Origin: Myxococcota bacterium
GTDB lineage: Bacteria; Myxococcota_A; SURF-8
NCBI GenBank assembly: GCA_965140415.1
Contig: OZ223209.1
Location: 4,448,001-4,512,000, forward strand
DNA length: 64,000 nucleotides
Reading direction: 5' to 3'
Shown here in pieces: positions 1 to 9,625 of this stretch (position 1 is its first letter; the number at the start of each line of letters is the position of its first letter). The position numbers and the translations under genes are program-made. The notes under the pieces are model-generated. The model was not told where the DNA came from and searched no databases. It saw nothing but the letters and a program-made list of their open reading frames with translations.

Positions 1-410
1 GCGACCCGGTGGCCTTTCGCCTAAGCGACAAGCGCCACAGTTTCGGTATTGCTACAGATCTTGGACATGCACCGGAACTGGTAATCGACCAGCTTCAACA
101 GGCGGATCTGCTGCTGATCGAATCCAATCACGATGAAAAGATGCTCTGGGACGGTCCCTACCCCTGGGTGCTCAAACGCCGCGTGGCCAGCAAGCACGGG
201 CATTTAAGCAATGCCCAGTCGGCGGAACTGATCGACCGCTTGTGGCACGACAACCTGCAAGGTGTCATATTGGGGCACTTGTCCGAAGAGAACAACCGCC
301 CGGAACTGGCCTTGCAGTCGGCACTGGCGGTGCTACAGAACGAACAGCGCCAGACCCCGGTATTCGTAGCTTCGCAGTACGATCCCACCGACGCAGTGGA
401 GTTGAAGTAG
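1..410 (+). CDS. MBL-fold metallo-hydrolase (YycJ/WalJ-like), 5' truncated by the window edge
   Basis: C-terminal motifs ATDLG, LIESNHD, GPYPW.LK.R, HGHLSN and LGHLSEENN are typical of YycJ-like proteins. Confidence 0.85.
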   Translation, partial: DPVAFRLSDKRHSFGIATDLGHAPELVIDQLQQADLLLIESNHDEKMLWDGPYPWVLKRRVASKHGHLSNAQSAELIDRLWHDNLQGVILGHLSEENNRPELALQSALAVLQNEQRQTPVFVASQYDPTDAVELK

Positions 411-585
411 GTACGAGAACAGATATCATTCATTTCTGTCCATCTAATAATCATGATGTGCCATAGTCTCACGGAATGGAAATTCCGGGAGGCCGTGTGT
501 AACCCATTGAAGACACACAGCCTTCCACGATCTTCGATCGCGTAAGGCTAGAGGAGTTATTATCCATTATTAGCAATGTCTTCCT

Positions 586-651
586 GTAGCGGCGGAGCGT
601 AAGCCCGCCGAAAAACACCTTGAAAACGGCGGGCTTACGCTCCGCCGCTAC
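586..651. repeat. GTAG-type REP doublet (REPIN-like inverted pair)
   Basis: GTAGCGGCGGAGCGTAAGCCCGCCG (586-610) and its exact reverse complement (627-651), 16-nt spacer; each arm is GTAG plus an internal imperfect palindrome; lies between convergent genes. Confidence 0.75.
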
Positions 652-801
652 GGGAAATCAAAAGAACGAATCGCTAAAAATGAGTAAGAACCGGTATATG
701 CCACAAAATCATAAAATCAGTATACCACGAATAATCAAAAAGCATAAAAGCCAAAAAGCAGGACGACGCCTGCTCCTTGGAAGAATCATGGATGACCCGG
801 G

Positions 802-3800
802 CTAATCGCAGGGATCGTCTTTATCCTTTTTGTCATTATCCTTATCTTTGTCTTTTCCGCTGACCATGTCCCAGAAACCTTCTACGTTTTTCATGACTTT
901 GCGGAAAGCCGGGCTCTTGTCCAGGAAGGTGACCGAGGCGATCTTGCGCATGCCGTGCGAGCCGTTGTGGCGGGCGTCGCCGCGCTTGTATCCGCTCAGT
1001 CCATCATACATCTGCCAGGCGGTGCCTGCCGGTCCCATGGCCGTTTGCATACCACCTTTGATCTGACCACCCGCAAAACTGGCCGCATTACCGGCTCCAC
1101 CTTTCAGTCCAAGCGGATCGCTGCATTGATACGGTTTGCCGTCACAGTACATGTAAGGTTCCAGCTTCAACTGCCAAACCGGATCGCGGCTGATGAACTG
1201 CCCGATTTCGGGATCGTAATAGCGGCTGCGCATGTAGTACAACCCGATTTCTTCCAACCATAACGCACCGGCAAAACGACGCGGCTGATCCGCTATCGCT
1301 CCGCTGGAGGCCAGCAGACGACCATAGGGATCGTAGCGATACCGCGCGACGCGATTACCGCTGTTGTTGAAGAGCGCACGCACGCTGCCGTTTGGATCGA
1401 TGAGCGCGTAATAGTTTGTATTTCCCTGCCGGATAACCGCCACGCCATCCAAACCCAGTGACGGCATATAGCTTCGAATCACATCACCGTTGTCGTCGAA
1501 TTCCGCCAACAGGACGTAATCGATCCACTGATAGCTGCGACTGCTGCCGTCCACATCGACGCGACTCAGCCGCTGCAAAGGATCGTAGGACAAGACAACC
1601 GTACTGTATGGCGACGCGGCGCTTTGATCGGTATATTTCTGCACCTGTAACAACTGCCCGATGGCATTGAATTCGTAGACCCAGCGCTCATTGCTGTTCT
1701 GATCGATGCGCTCTTTTCTTGCTCCGCTATCGGAGTAGCTGTAGTCGGCCAGATCGGTGCTCGTGACGCGCCAGTCGTCATCGTAAACGAAAGCACCGGC
1801 ATACGAAGATTGCTGGATGCGCCCGCCGTCGTCGTAAGCAAAGGTAACGGTTTCCGGCCCGGCCTGACTGGTGATGCGGCCATTGGCGTCGTATTGGAAA
1901 GCCAAGGTATCCAACGCCTGGGCATCGGATTCAATGCGCTTCGGCTCCCGATTTCCATTCTTGTAAGTATAGGTCAGATATCCGCTGTTGGCGTAGCTGG
2001 ACCAGCTCAAGTAGTCCACGCGGCGAGCGGCGTCCAGCGTGAGATATTCGGAAAGCACCCAGTCGCCGTTGCTATTGGAAATGTCGATGGAAGATAATTG
2101 TCCATATTCCACAACTGCGCGCACTTCCACGCCATCACCGGAGATCGTCTGATCGGTATCGCCATAGCCGCCGTGACTGAAATCCCAATGGGTATTGAAG
2201 CCGGTGTCGAGGCTCTGAATCTGCCCCGTTTCCGCATTGTAGGGAGAATTGAAGCTGGTGACTTGCCCGCTTGCTTTATGCGTGACGGTTTCGCTGACCG
2301 TGTGGTTTTCTTCGCCGCTGTAGTCGCGCGTCCATTCGATGCGATATTCCGGCGATTCCGCCAGCACCAGGTGGTGCCGGTCATTGTATTGATAGGTGGT
2401 GGTTGCACCATCAAGTGTCATACCGGTCAACAGATTGTTTTGATCGTAGCTATAACCAACCTGCTTGCCTGCGGCGTCGGTAACATTGGAAAGAAGCCGG
2501 TTGCCATTGTAGTTGTACTGGTCGGAGTGCCCCAGCGGCGTGGTGACGCCGCCGAGATTGCCGTCCGCCAGAATTTGAGAGGACCAGTCGTTGCCAAAGG
2601 GATCGGTGATGGTTTCCAGCAGATCCCGGCCCGACGTTTCACAGCCGTCGCAGGTCGCAGAGCGAGCGAGGGCGGCGGAAAACACAGACCCACCCGGCTC
2701 GGTGTAGGAGGTCATGACGTTGTTGTGGCTGTAGCCGTATTGGAACTGGCGACCGGCGGTATCCGTAAGTTGCGTGAGGTTTCCTGCTGCGTCGCGCTGC
2801 ATCACGATGTCGTAACCGAGCGGATCGGTGATATTGGTAATGTTACCGAACGCATCCGATGTCATGCTGTAGGTTTCGCCGCTGCTATCTTCCAAATCGG
2901 TCAACTGGCCATCGTCATCATAGTAGAAATAGGTGCTTTCGCCGTTGCAGTAATACTCGGTGTAATCGTCTTCCTCGTAGACACTGCAATATTCACTGCG
3001 GAAGTGATGCTCCTCTTCGTTCCACTCCTCATCGTAGGTGGAATTAGAAACTTCAACACCGTAGAGTTCCAGATGCACCAGGCGTCCCAGAGGATCGCGG
3101 GTCGCCTGGCTGATCTCTTGCTCCCCCTTGCGAACGGTGGCCGTGATCTGTCCGTTGAGAGGGTTATATGCACGGTTGATCTGTAGCTCATCACCATTTA
3201 GTCGATAACGGTCCGGCTGACCATTCAAGGCGTAATGAGTTTCATGCTTGTGGCCTTCGCCATCGATATAAGTGGCCCAGCAGTCGGCGCAGATGCCATC
3301 GGGTTGGGCGGCTTGCAATAAGCTGGTGAAAGAGCGAGTCTCACCGGTGTCCAGGCTGATTTGCGAGATGCTTCCAATGGTATCCCACTGATAGTCGATT
3401 TCTCCCGCGCCGCCGCTGCGTCCGGTCATGTGACCACTCTCGTCGTACTCGAACAGGGTTTCGTTTCCGTCCGCGTCACTGATGCGGGTCAACTGACCAT
3501 CGGCATCGACGGTGACCATGCGCGTGCGTCCCGCCGGATCGGTGATGCCGCTCAAGTATCCATTAGTATAACTGAATGTGGTTTCTTTTCCGAAACGGCT
3601 GGTGTAGCTGCTCAAGCGACCATCGGCATAACTGTATGTAGCCTGACGGCCTTTGCTGTCGGTGAGGTTGGTCAACTGCCCCTGGGCGTTGAAGTAGCGT
3701 GTTTCCCCTGCTCCGCTCATTCTGTAACCGCTGCCATCGGATTCGATGCGCAATGGCAGATCGGAAAAGATGCCGACCGAGTAATCACCGGGCACGAGCG

Positions 3801-6435
3801 AGAAGCGATAGTCATCGTTGCTGTAGGCGGCATAGAGCACCTCGCCTTGCGTATCGAACCCCACGCCCTCTATGATCTGATTTCCGAATTGGGTGACTTG
3901 TTCGAAACGGGTGTTTGCCAGTACGGACAGGATTCCTTGAGGCGAGATCCGAATCACTTTTTCGCCGGAGAGAATATAACTGTCGCCTTTGGGACCGCGT
4001 CGCATCAAAACGCGACTGTCATCGACAAAGGCTTCTTCCTTCATCACCACGCTTTCGTTCAATCCGGCGATATCGAAGCGACGCAACAGGTCTTCGGAGT
4101 AGAACAGGTAGTATATGGCGTGCTCGGCCTCATCGTAGGCCATCGTGGCGGGAATCTGGAATTCGGTCAGTTGCATCAACGGACTGGCTAAAAAAGTCGG
4201 TTCTGCGGTTGAAATATCCACACGGATCATCAGGGGGCGCGTGGAGAAGCTGCCATCTTCACCGTATACGATGCCTACACCCATCATCCAGATGTAGCCG
4301 TTTTTGTCGGCGATCATACCGGCTTCTGGATAGAGCACGTCGATGTTCGTCAGTTCGCCATCCAATTGGCTCATGACCTGTTGCATCATGTAGGTTTCGC
4401 CGATTGTGGAGAGCAACTCAATAGTATTTGGGTAGCTGATCCGATGTAACGCGGCATCGGAATCGACCGCCAGGATATCCTCGCCGTAGGGAATCAGATC
4501 GTAAACATCCAGGCCATCGGTTTCGAGAAGTTCGACCTGCCCCGCATTTTGCAGTGAATCGGCAATATAGATTTCCCCATCTTCATTGAGCAGGTACAGG
4601 TGCCCCTGGCTGTCGAATTCGATCGATACCAGTTTCTGACCGATGTCGTCGGGCAGATCCAGGCCCTCGGTAGTAGGGAGACCGGTCATAAAGACTCTCG
4701 GGCGACGGTCGCCGCGTCGCCACAACCCTAGCCCCAGTTGGTCGTTGAATTGCAACGATTCCTGCACGCTGATTTCCCAGCCTGTACCGAAGGGATTGTC
4801 GGCAGGACTATCCACGATGGCCGGAACGGCTTTGCGCACGGAAAATGGCAGCGCTTCTCGCGTGGGAACGCCGGAATCTTCCAGACCGCCGCCGCCGAAT
4901 ACGGAGGCGGACATGTAGGTGGAACGCTCGAACTTGGTGATTTCTACCGCCGCCGGAACGATACCGTCGGCTACCGTTGTGCCATCCGGCGTTTTGTTCT
5001 TAAAGCGCGCAGCGATCAGAAACTCTCCACCTTCACTTGCGACGGTAGACAATTCCTGGCGATTTCCGGCAAGATCCACCGTGGCACTGATGCGCTCGAT
5101 GCCGTCGGTGCTGTTAGCGTCGATGGGCACCGCAACGTCGATCTCACCCGCCGCACGACCGCTGTTGTACATCAAATGCAGGGTGCTCTGCTCGTTATCT
5201 TCCCTGTAGCTGCTGGCAGGATGATAAAGGGAGAGCTGGCCGCTGATATCGTCTACGATAGAGGAACCGCGCGTTCCCTTTTCGCAGTCGTCCTTGTCGT
5301 TGTTACCGTTACTGGCCTGATCGCGCGGATCGACCGGTGCGTTTAGATCGTATGGTGAAAAGTGGTTGGTCGTAAACTCCAGCCACTGACCATCTTCGGA
5401 AACCACCGCCATGGTGCTCGGTTCCCAGGCACCTTTATCGCGATTGTAATAGCCGACCGGAACGCTGTATCCCGGCGGGAAGCCGTTGACGTTCTCCTGC
5501 CGGATGACGACCGGTTGCTCGAACCGCACACCCTCTGGCGAGGCTTCAAAGGCCTGCGTCCATCCGCTGGAATCGGGAAGCTGACCGGGCAGGCTGCGAT
5601 ACTCCGGAAAACTGATGGCCGAGACTTCGACCTCGCGCTTAACCGCATTTCCCGTCGCTTCAATGGCGATATCTCCAACACTGTTTTCCAACGCGCCACC
5701 GCTTTCGGGACTGAAAGTCGCGGTTTTACTGTCGGTCTGAACCAGATAGGCCGGGGTAAGCGAGTGATGCCGACCGGATTCCGCCGTAACCCAACGCTGG
5801 GCCAGCGTATAGCCTTCGTGCTCCAGCGTGATCAACGTGCGACCGGCTGGCACGGGCAGGGAAAATTGACCGGATGCATCACTGGTAGCCACGCCGCTGA
5901 CATTGCGCACGAAGACCTTGACACCCGAGAGCGGCACCTCGCTGCCTTCCGCAAAAACCGAACCGTGCACCGTAGCGGCATTCGCCATACTCTGGATACC
6001 GGTTTCCGCATACGTTACCGAAACGGATTCCGATATGGTTTCAAAACCGTTTCCATCTTTTACGGATACCCGAATGCTGTTTTCGCCCTCTTCCATCGGA
6101 ACGTAGCGCCGATACTTGCCGGATGAAAGCTCGGTAGCCGGATAGTAGCGTTCGCCGTTGGCGATCCAGGCATCGATGGGAGCATCGCAGTCCGTTACCG
6201 AAAAGACAACGAGTAATTCTTTTTCGTTGGTCTGATCGGGTAGATCCTCTATCGTGATGCCACCGAAACAGGGGCCTCCGGGACGCTCATCGCTGTAGTC
6301 GCCATCAACACCGTCGCCATCGGCGTTATTGTCTCCTCCTCCACCACAACCAGGCGCAGCCCAGATCATGAAAAAAGTGAACGTGAAAAGCAGAGCAGCG
6401 AAACGCCGTGAAAATGTAGTCATTATCAACCCCAC
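802..6435 (-). CDS. Teneurin-like RHS/YD-repeat lipoprotein with RHS core and short C-terminal extension
   Basis: Signal peptide with lipobox-like APGC; carboxypeptidase-regulatory-like domain (GSVF...PLSGVKV...TSDASGQFSL); propeller-like middle; many YD repeats; RHS core YYMRSRYYDPEIGQFISRDP...DPLG. Confidence 0.85.
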   Translation of the reverse strand: MGLIMTTFSRRFAALLFTFTFFMIWAAPGCGGGGDNNADGDGVDGDYSDERPGGPCFGGITIEDLPDQTNEKELLVVFSVTDCDAPIDAWIANGERYYPATELSSGKYRRYVPMEEGENSIRVSVKDGNGFETISESVSVTYAETGIQSMANAATVHGSVFAEGSEVPLSGVKVFVRNVSGVATSDASGQFSLPVPAGRTLITLEHEGYTLAQRWVTAESGRHHSLTPAYLVQTDSKTATFSPESGGALENSVGDIAIEATGNAVKREVEVSAISFPEYRSLPGQLPDSSGWTQAFEASPEGVRFEQPVVIRQENVNGFPPGYSVPVGYYNRDKGAWEPSTMAVVSEDGQWLEFTTNHFSPYDLNAPVDPRDQASNGNNDKDDCEKGTRGSSIVDDISGQLSLYHPASSYREDNEQSTLHLMYNSGRAAGEIDVAVPIDANSTDGIERISATVDLAGNRQELSTVASEGGEFLIAARFKNKTPDGTTVADGIVPAAVEITKFERSTYMSASVFGGGGLEDSGVPTREALPFSVRKAVPAIVDSPADNPFGTGWEISVQESLQFNDQLGLGLWRRGDRRPRVFMTGLPTTEGLDLPDDIGQKLVSIEFDSQGHLYLLNEDGEIYIADSLQNAGQVELLETDGLDVYDLIPYGEDILAVDSDAALHRISYPNTIELLSTIGETYMMQQVMSQLDGELTNIDVLYPEAGMIADKNGYIWMMGVGIVYGEDGSFSTRPLMIRVDISTAEPTFLASPLMQLTEFQIPATMAYDEAEHAIYYLFYSEDLLRRFDIAGLNESVVMKEEAFVDDSRVLMRRGPKGDSYILSGEKVIRISPQGILSVLANTRFEQVTQFGNQIIEGVGFDTQGEVLYAAYSNDDYRFSLVPGDYSVGIFSDLPLRIESDGSGYRMSGAGETRYFNAQGQLTNLTDSKGRQATYSYADGRLSSYTSRFGKETTFSYTNGYLSGITDPAGRTRMVTVDADGQLTRISDADGNETLFEYDESGHMTGRSGGAGEIDYQWDTIGSISQISLDTGETRSFTSLLQAAQPDGICADCWATYIDGEGHKHETHYALNGQPDRYRLNGDELQINRAYNPLNGQITATVRKGEQEISQATRDPLGRLVHLELYGVEVSNSTYDEEWNEEEHHFRSEYCSVYEEDDYTEYYCNGESTYFYYDDDGQLTDLEDSSGETYSMTSDAFGNITNITDPLGYDIVMQRDAAGNLTQLTDTAGRQFQYGYSHNNVMTSYTEPGGSVFSAALARSATCDGCETSGRDLLETITDPFGNDWSSQILADGNLGGVTTPLGHSDQYNYNGNRLLSNVTDAAGKQVGYSYDQNNLLTGMTLDGATTTYQYNDRHHLVLAESPEYRIEWTRDYSGEENHTVSETVTHKASGQVTSFNSPYNAETGQIQSLDTGFNTHWDFSHGGYGDTDQTISGDGVEVRAVVEYGQLSSIDISNSNGDWVLSEYLTLDAARRVDYLSWSSYANSGYLTYTYKNGNREPKRIESDAQALDTLAFQYDANGRITSQAGPETVTFAYDDGGRIQQSSYAGAFVYDDDWRVTSTDLADYSYSDSGARKERIDQNSNERWVYEFNAIGQLLQVQKYTDQSAASPYSTVVLSYDPLQRLSRVDVDGSSRSYQWIDYVLLAEFDDNGDVIRSYMPSLGLDGVAVIRQGNTNYYALIDPNGSVRALFNNSGNRVARYRYDPYGRLLASSGAIADQPRRFAGALWLEEIGLYYMRSRYYDPEIGQFISRDPVWQLKLEPYMYCDGKPYQCSDPLGLKGGAGNAASFAGGQIKGGMQTAMGPAGTAWQMYDGLSGYKRGDARHNGSHGMRKIASVTFLDKSPAFRKVMKNVEGFWDMVSGKDKDKDNDKKDKDDPCD

Positions 6436-6739
6436 GCAATTGTTTCTCTAAATGGATTATCCCACGGTTTGCATCTTACCGACACCCGTTAGATTGTCAA
6501 CGCCTGAAATTATTCAAGTTATTTTTAGGTGAGAAGCAAAATTGTACGTTGTATCTGATCATGTAGGGGAAGGTGTAGCGAGTGAAACAAGCGGAGCCCC
6601 CACAAAGAAAGAGGTGAACCTGAATTCGCCGAGAAAACGGGGAGTTCCGTTTGCTAACGCTCACTTCCCTCTCCTCTATGTCTGCTAGTTGATCATTCAC
6701 GCAGATTTCCGACAAATGCACACTTAAAAATTCCTGCCC

Positions 6740-8377
6740 TTATTTCATCGATTCGAGAAGCAACTCGCAATCGACGAGCGGCTGCCCGGCTGGGTTCTTG
6801 AACGGCGACCAACAATATTCCAGCACCAGACCCAAGCTGTCCGATCCTAACCAATATTGTTCCACCGTTTTCGCATCGGTTTCGCTGGTGGCCGGTATCC
6901 AGTCATACTCGCCATCATCAAGCGCGGCATCCCACAAATTCCAATTCGGGAATTGCGCGTATTGATCCACAGCCCTGGAAATAAAGCCTTGAACTTCATC
7001 CACTTCGGTAGCCGTCAAGGGATAGCCGCTCGCGGCGGCTTGGATGTAATTGATGGCCATATCCCTGAACCAACGCCCCTGCGTATGACTGACCTCTTCC
7101 AGGCTCATCGTGCGATCCCGCTCGAAACGTTCTTCAAGTCCCTGCAACATGCGCAGAGCCAATTCATTTTTCCCATTCAACAACGCCCAGCGAATACTGG
7201 CGATATGAAACGCGCGCATGATGTGAGCATTGGGAGCGTTGTTTTCGATGGATAGCTTTTCGTAGGTCAGATCACCGCCGAAAGGCGTACACTGCAAACC
7301 CTGCTCATCGCCGTAAGCCATCAATGCAGAAGCCAGCTTCGCCTGGCATTCGGCATCTGGGAAAATGGCATCCCAGGCCACAAACGAAGCCAGATCGCCG
7401 GTGTCCGCTTCCTCCGGTCCCTCATCGATCCCCGGCAGATACGGCGTGCCGTCATCGCGCTTCGATCGGATGTTGTATCCATGATCGACGATATCCTGAA
7501 CAAACAGAACCAACAGATCATACGATTCGCTACAGGCTTCCCGAACGGATTCGTCATCCGCGCGTTTCGCAGCATACAGCATGGGGATGGAGACTTCGAA
7601 CAGATAGCCCAAGCCGTCTTTCGAACGGGTATTGGTGACCCAGACCTCACCCCAGTAAGGATTGTTTACATAGTTGAAACGTGAGCAATTCCAGCGATCA
7701 TAGGAGAAAAACCAGTTCGAATAATCCACGGCCTTGGAGTAACCGTCGTGAGTTGTGTAATCGTGATTGAAAGTGATGACGTTTCTGGTCATCAAATGAT
7801 GAACCGAGTCGTTTTCATCATACACCATTCCCAGCATGGTCTGGGAAATTCCCTTGCAATATTGCTCGGATAGCTCTCCCATTACGTCATCGCCGGTCAG
7901 CAGATAGCCACCCAAAGCCGAAGATAAAATCGTGGAATTGCCTTTTAAGATATTGTGTCCGCCGTGCTGCTCGGAATAATTGTGGACCATCGTTACAAGA
8001 TCGCCGCTTTTTTCCGCGTGAGAGTCCGTCCACCACAATCGATAATCCCGCTTGCCGGTAGATGCATCCACACCGTGACTCATACGCAACAGCCAGTCGA
8101 AATATTTCTGATCTACATAGAAATCCGAAAGTTTTTGAGTAAAGCTCGCCAGTTCCTCTTGATTCTGCGCTTGCCCCTCATCCATCCGCTCGAAACTCAA
8201 ATCAAAAGATTCCGGCAGACCGTCATCGAATCCATCGGATTCCGAGTCCGCCAGTTCCGATCCGTCAAGATCGCCATCCACTGCCGAAGAATCCCCATCA
8301 TCGCTGCAACCCAATGTTGCAAAGACCATCATACAGACCAACAATAGAACCAAAGCGAATTCCTGATGATTCATCAT
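6740..8377 (-). CDS. Hypothetical lipoprotein
   Basis: 545-aa ORF, AAGGAG RBS, lipobox TLGC followed by an acidic DGD linker. Confidence 0.8.
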   Translation of the reverse strand: MMNHQEFALVLLLVCMMVFATLGCSDDGDSSAVDGDLDGSELADSESDGFDDGLPESFDLSFERMDEGQAQNQEELASFTQKLSDFYVDQKYFDWLLRMSHGVDASTGKRDYRLWWTDSHAEKSGDLVTMVHNYSEQHGGHNILKGNSTILSSALGGYLLTGDDVMGELSEQYCKGISQTMLGMVYDENDSVHHLMTRNVITFNHDYTTHDGYSKAVDYSNWFFSYDRWNCSRFNYVNNPYWGEVWVTNTRSKDGLGYLFEVSIPMLYAAKRADDESVREACSESYDLLVLFVQDIVDHGYNIRSKRDDGTPYLPGIDEGPEEADTGDLASFVAWDAIFPDAECQAKLASALMAYGDEQGLQCTPFGGDLTYEKLSIENNAPNAHIMRAFHIASIRWALLNGKNELALRMLQGLEERFERDRTMSLEEVSHTQGRWFRDMAINYIQAAASGYPLTATEVDEVQGFISRAVDQYAQFPNWNLWDAALDDGEYDWIPATSETDAKTVEQYWLGSDSLGLVLEYCWSPFKNPAGQPLVDCELLLESMK

Positions 8378-8583
8378 AACTCCTTAAACGATTTCTTTTC
8401 GAACGAATTCAAACCAGCAGCATCCTAGCAGATCGGTCTTCGGAATCAAGATTTCCTTGTTCCGAATCTCCTACAATCGGGTATGCGAGTTCTTTTTCTG
8501 GACTTTCCAAGACCTACGAATAGAATGAGATGCGTTATGCAAGCGTTGGTTGATTTGCTTACCGCCCGGATAACAAATAGAGA

Positions 8584-8985
8584 TTGAAGAAAATGCGTGT
8601 TCTACATGCAAACAAAGGTCGAACGGTCTGCCTGCTGATGGCCACGACCCTGTTCTGGTTGTCCATGTTTTTGGACTTCTTCGCTTTCTCGCATGTCTGG
8701 AGCGTCGAACGAAACACTTTCATCCACCTTCGCAGTTCTCAAACCTGTCTGCAAGCGCATGAGGATGGAGACAATCTCCACTCCGCGAGAGCTAACCAGA
8801 ATACATCTTACAACGAATGTCCGTTTAACGGGTACTGGCGTCACTTCAACGCTCAAAGCGAGCTTTCAGCAATCGTTTGTTACCTCGATACGAATGAAAT
8901 CATCAAAATCCCCATTTCAAACGATCGTATCGACCACTCGCGTCTTTTCAATTTCGCACCCAAAAATTCTCCGCCACTCGGCTAA
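8584..8985 (+). CDS. Small membrane/secreted protein ending in APKNSPP (DUF2946/RAPP-like leader candidate)
   Basis: N-terminal hydrophobic segment, His/Cys residues, Pro-Pro motif near the C-terminus, upstream of a metal-transport operon; start codon uncertain. Confidence 0.5.
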   Translation: MKKMRVLHANKGRTVCLLMATTLFWLSMFLDFFAFSHVWSVERNTFIHLRSSQTCLQAHEDGDNLHSARANQNTSYNECPFNGYWRHFNAQSELSAIVCYLDTNEIIKIPISNDRIDHSRLFNFAPKNSPPLG

Positions 8986-9104
8986 GCTTCGTCCATTCTC
9001 CCAAGAATCATCAAGTAAAACATTCTCCCGGTAGGATTCAATATCCGAGCCGGTAAGAATTGAAGGTTTCTTTCCATTCACCACGAGCCCAATGGAACAA
9101 CCCG

Positions 9105-9611
9105 ATGTCGGATTCAAAGAAGAACAGATTCGGGGGCGTTTTGATTTTTTCTGCGCTCCTGCTCGTTCCTCTTGCGGCAGTGGCAGGCTGGATCGTTTTC
9201 AAGAATCAAGACCCGTCTGACGTCGAGATGAAAACCATCGAGCGCTGGCGCAATAGTGAAGTAAAAACCGTAGCTTCCGACTGGAGTTCGGGTGAAGACA
9301 CCTACGAACGCTTCTGTAGTTACAAGCCCGATGGGCAACTCGTTGGATGCTGGATCGAAAAGAACGGTTCACCCTGGAGCGGCAACATGGTGAGTTGGTA
9401 TCAGATTCACACGAAAGCCAAGCCGGACCGGGGTTACGGCATTCCGAAAGCGATTCAATCCTATGAAGAAGGTACGCCACATGGGACGTGGCAGTCCTTC
9501 TACGTTACCGGAGCCGTGATGACGGAAGTGGATATTGAAAACGGAAATCGTATCGAAACGCGCATGTTTTCCCCGGATGGAAAATTGCTTAGACGCTTGA
9601 AGATGAAGTAA
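9105..9611 (+). CDS. Membrane-anchored MORN-variant repeat (YwqK-like) protein
   Basis: Single TM segment then repeats such as YEEGTPHGTWQSFYVTG and FSPDGKL. Confidence 0.65.
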   Translation: MSDSKKNRFGGVLIFSALLLVPLAAVAGWIVFKNQDPSDVEMKTIERWRNSEVKTVASDWSSGEDTYERFCSYKPDGQLVGCWIEKNGSPWSGNMVSWYQIHTKAKPDRGYGIPKAIQSYEEGTPHGTWQSFYVTGAVMTEVDIENGNRIETRMFSPDGKLLRRLKMK

Positions 9612-9625
9612 AGGGAATCAGGATC

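Noticed and set aside
465-540. Cluster of small hairpins as a riboswitch
   Set aside because: Lies between convergent 3' ends with no downstream gene and no recognisable aptamer motif; more likely terminator or repeat debris
9105-9611. Toxin-antitoxin system based on YwqK-like repeats
   Set aside because: No cognate toxin adjacent; protein is membrane-anchored and embedded in a metal-transport operon
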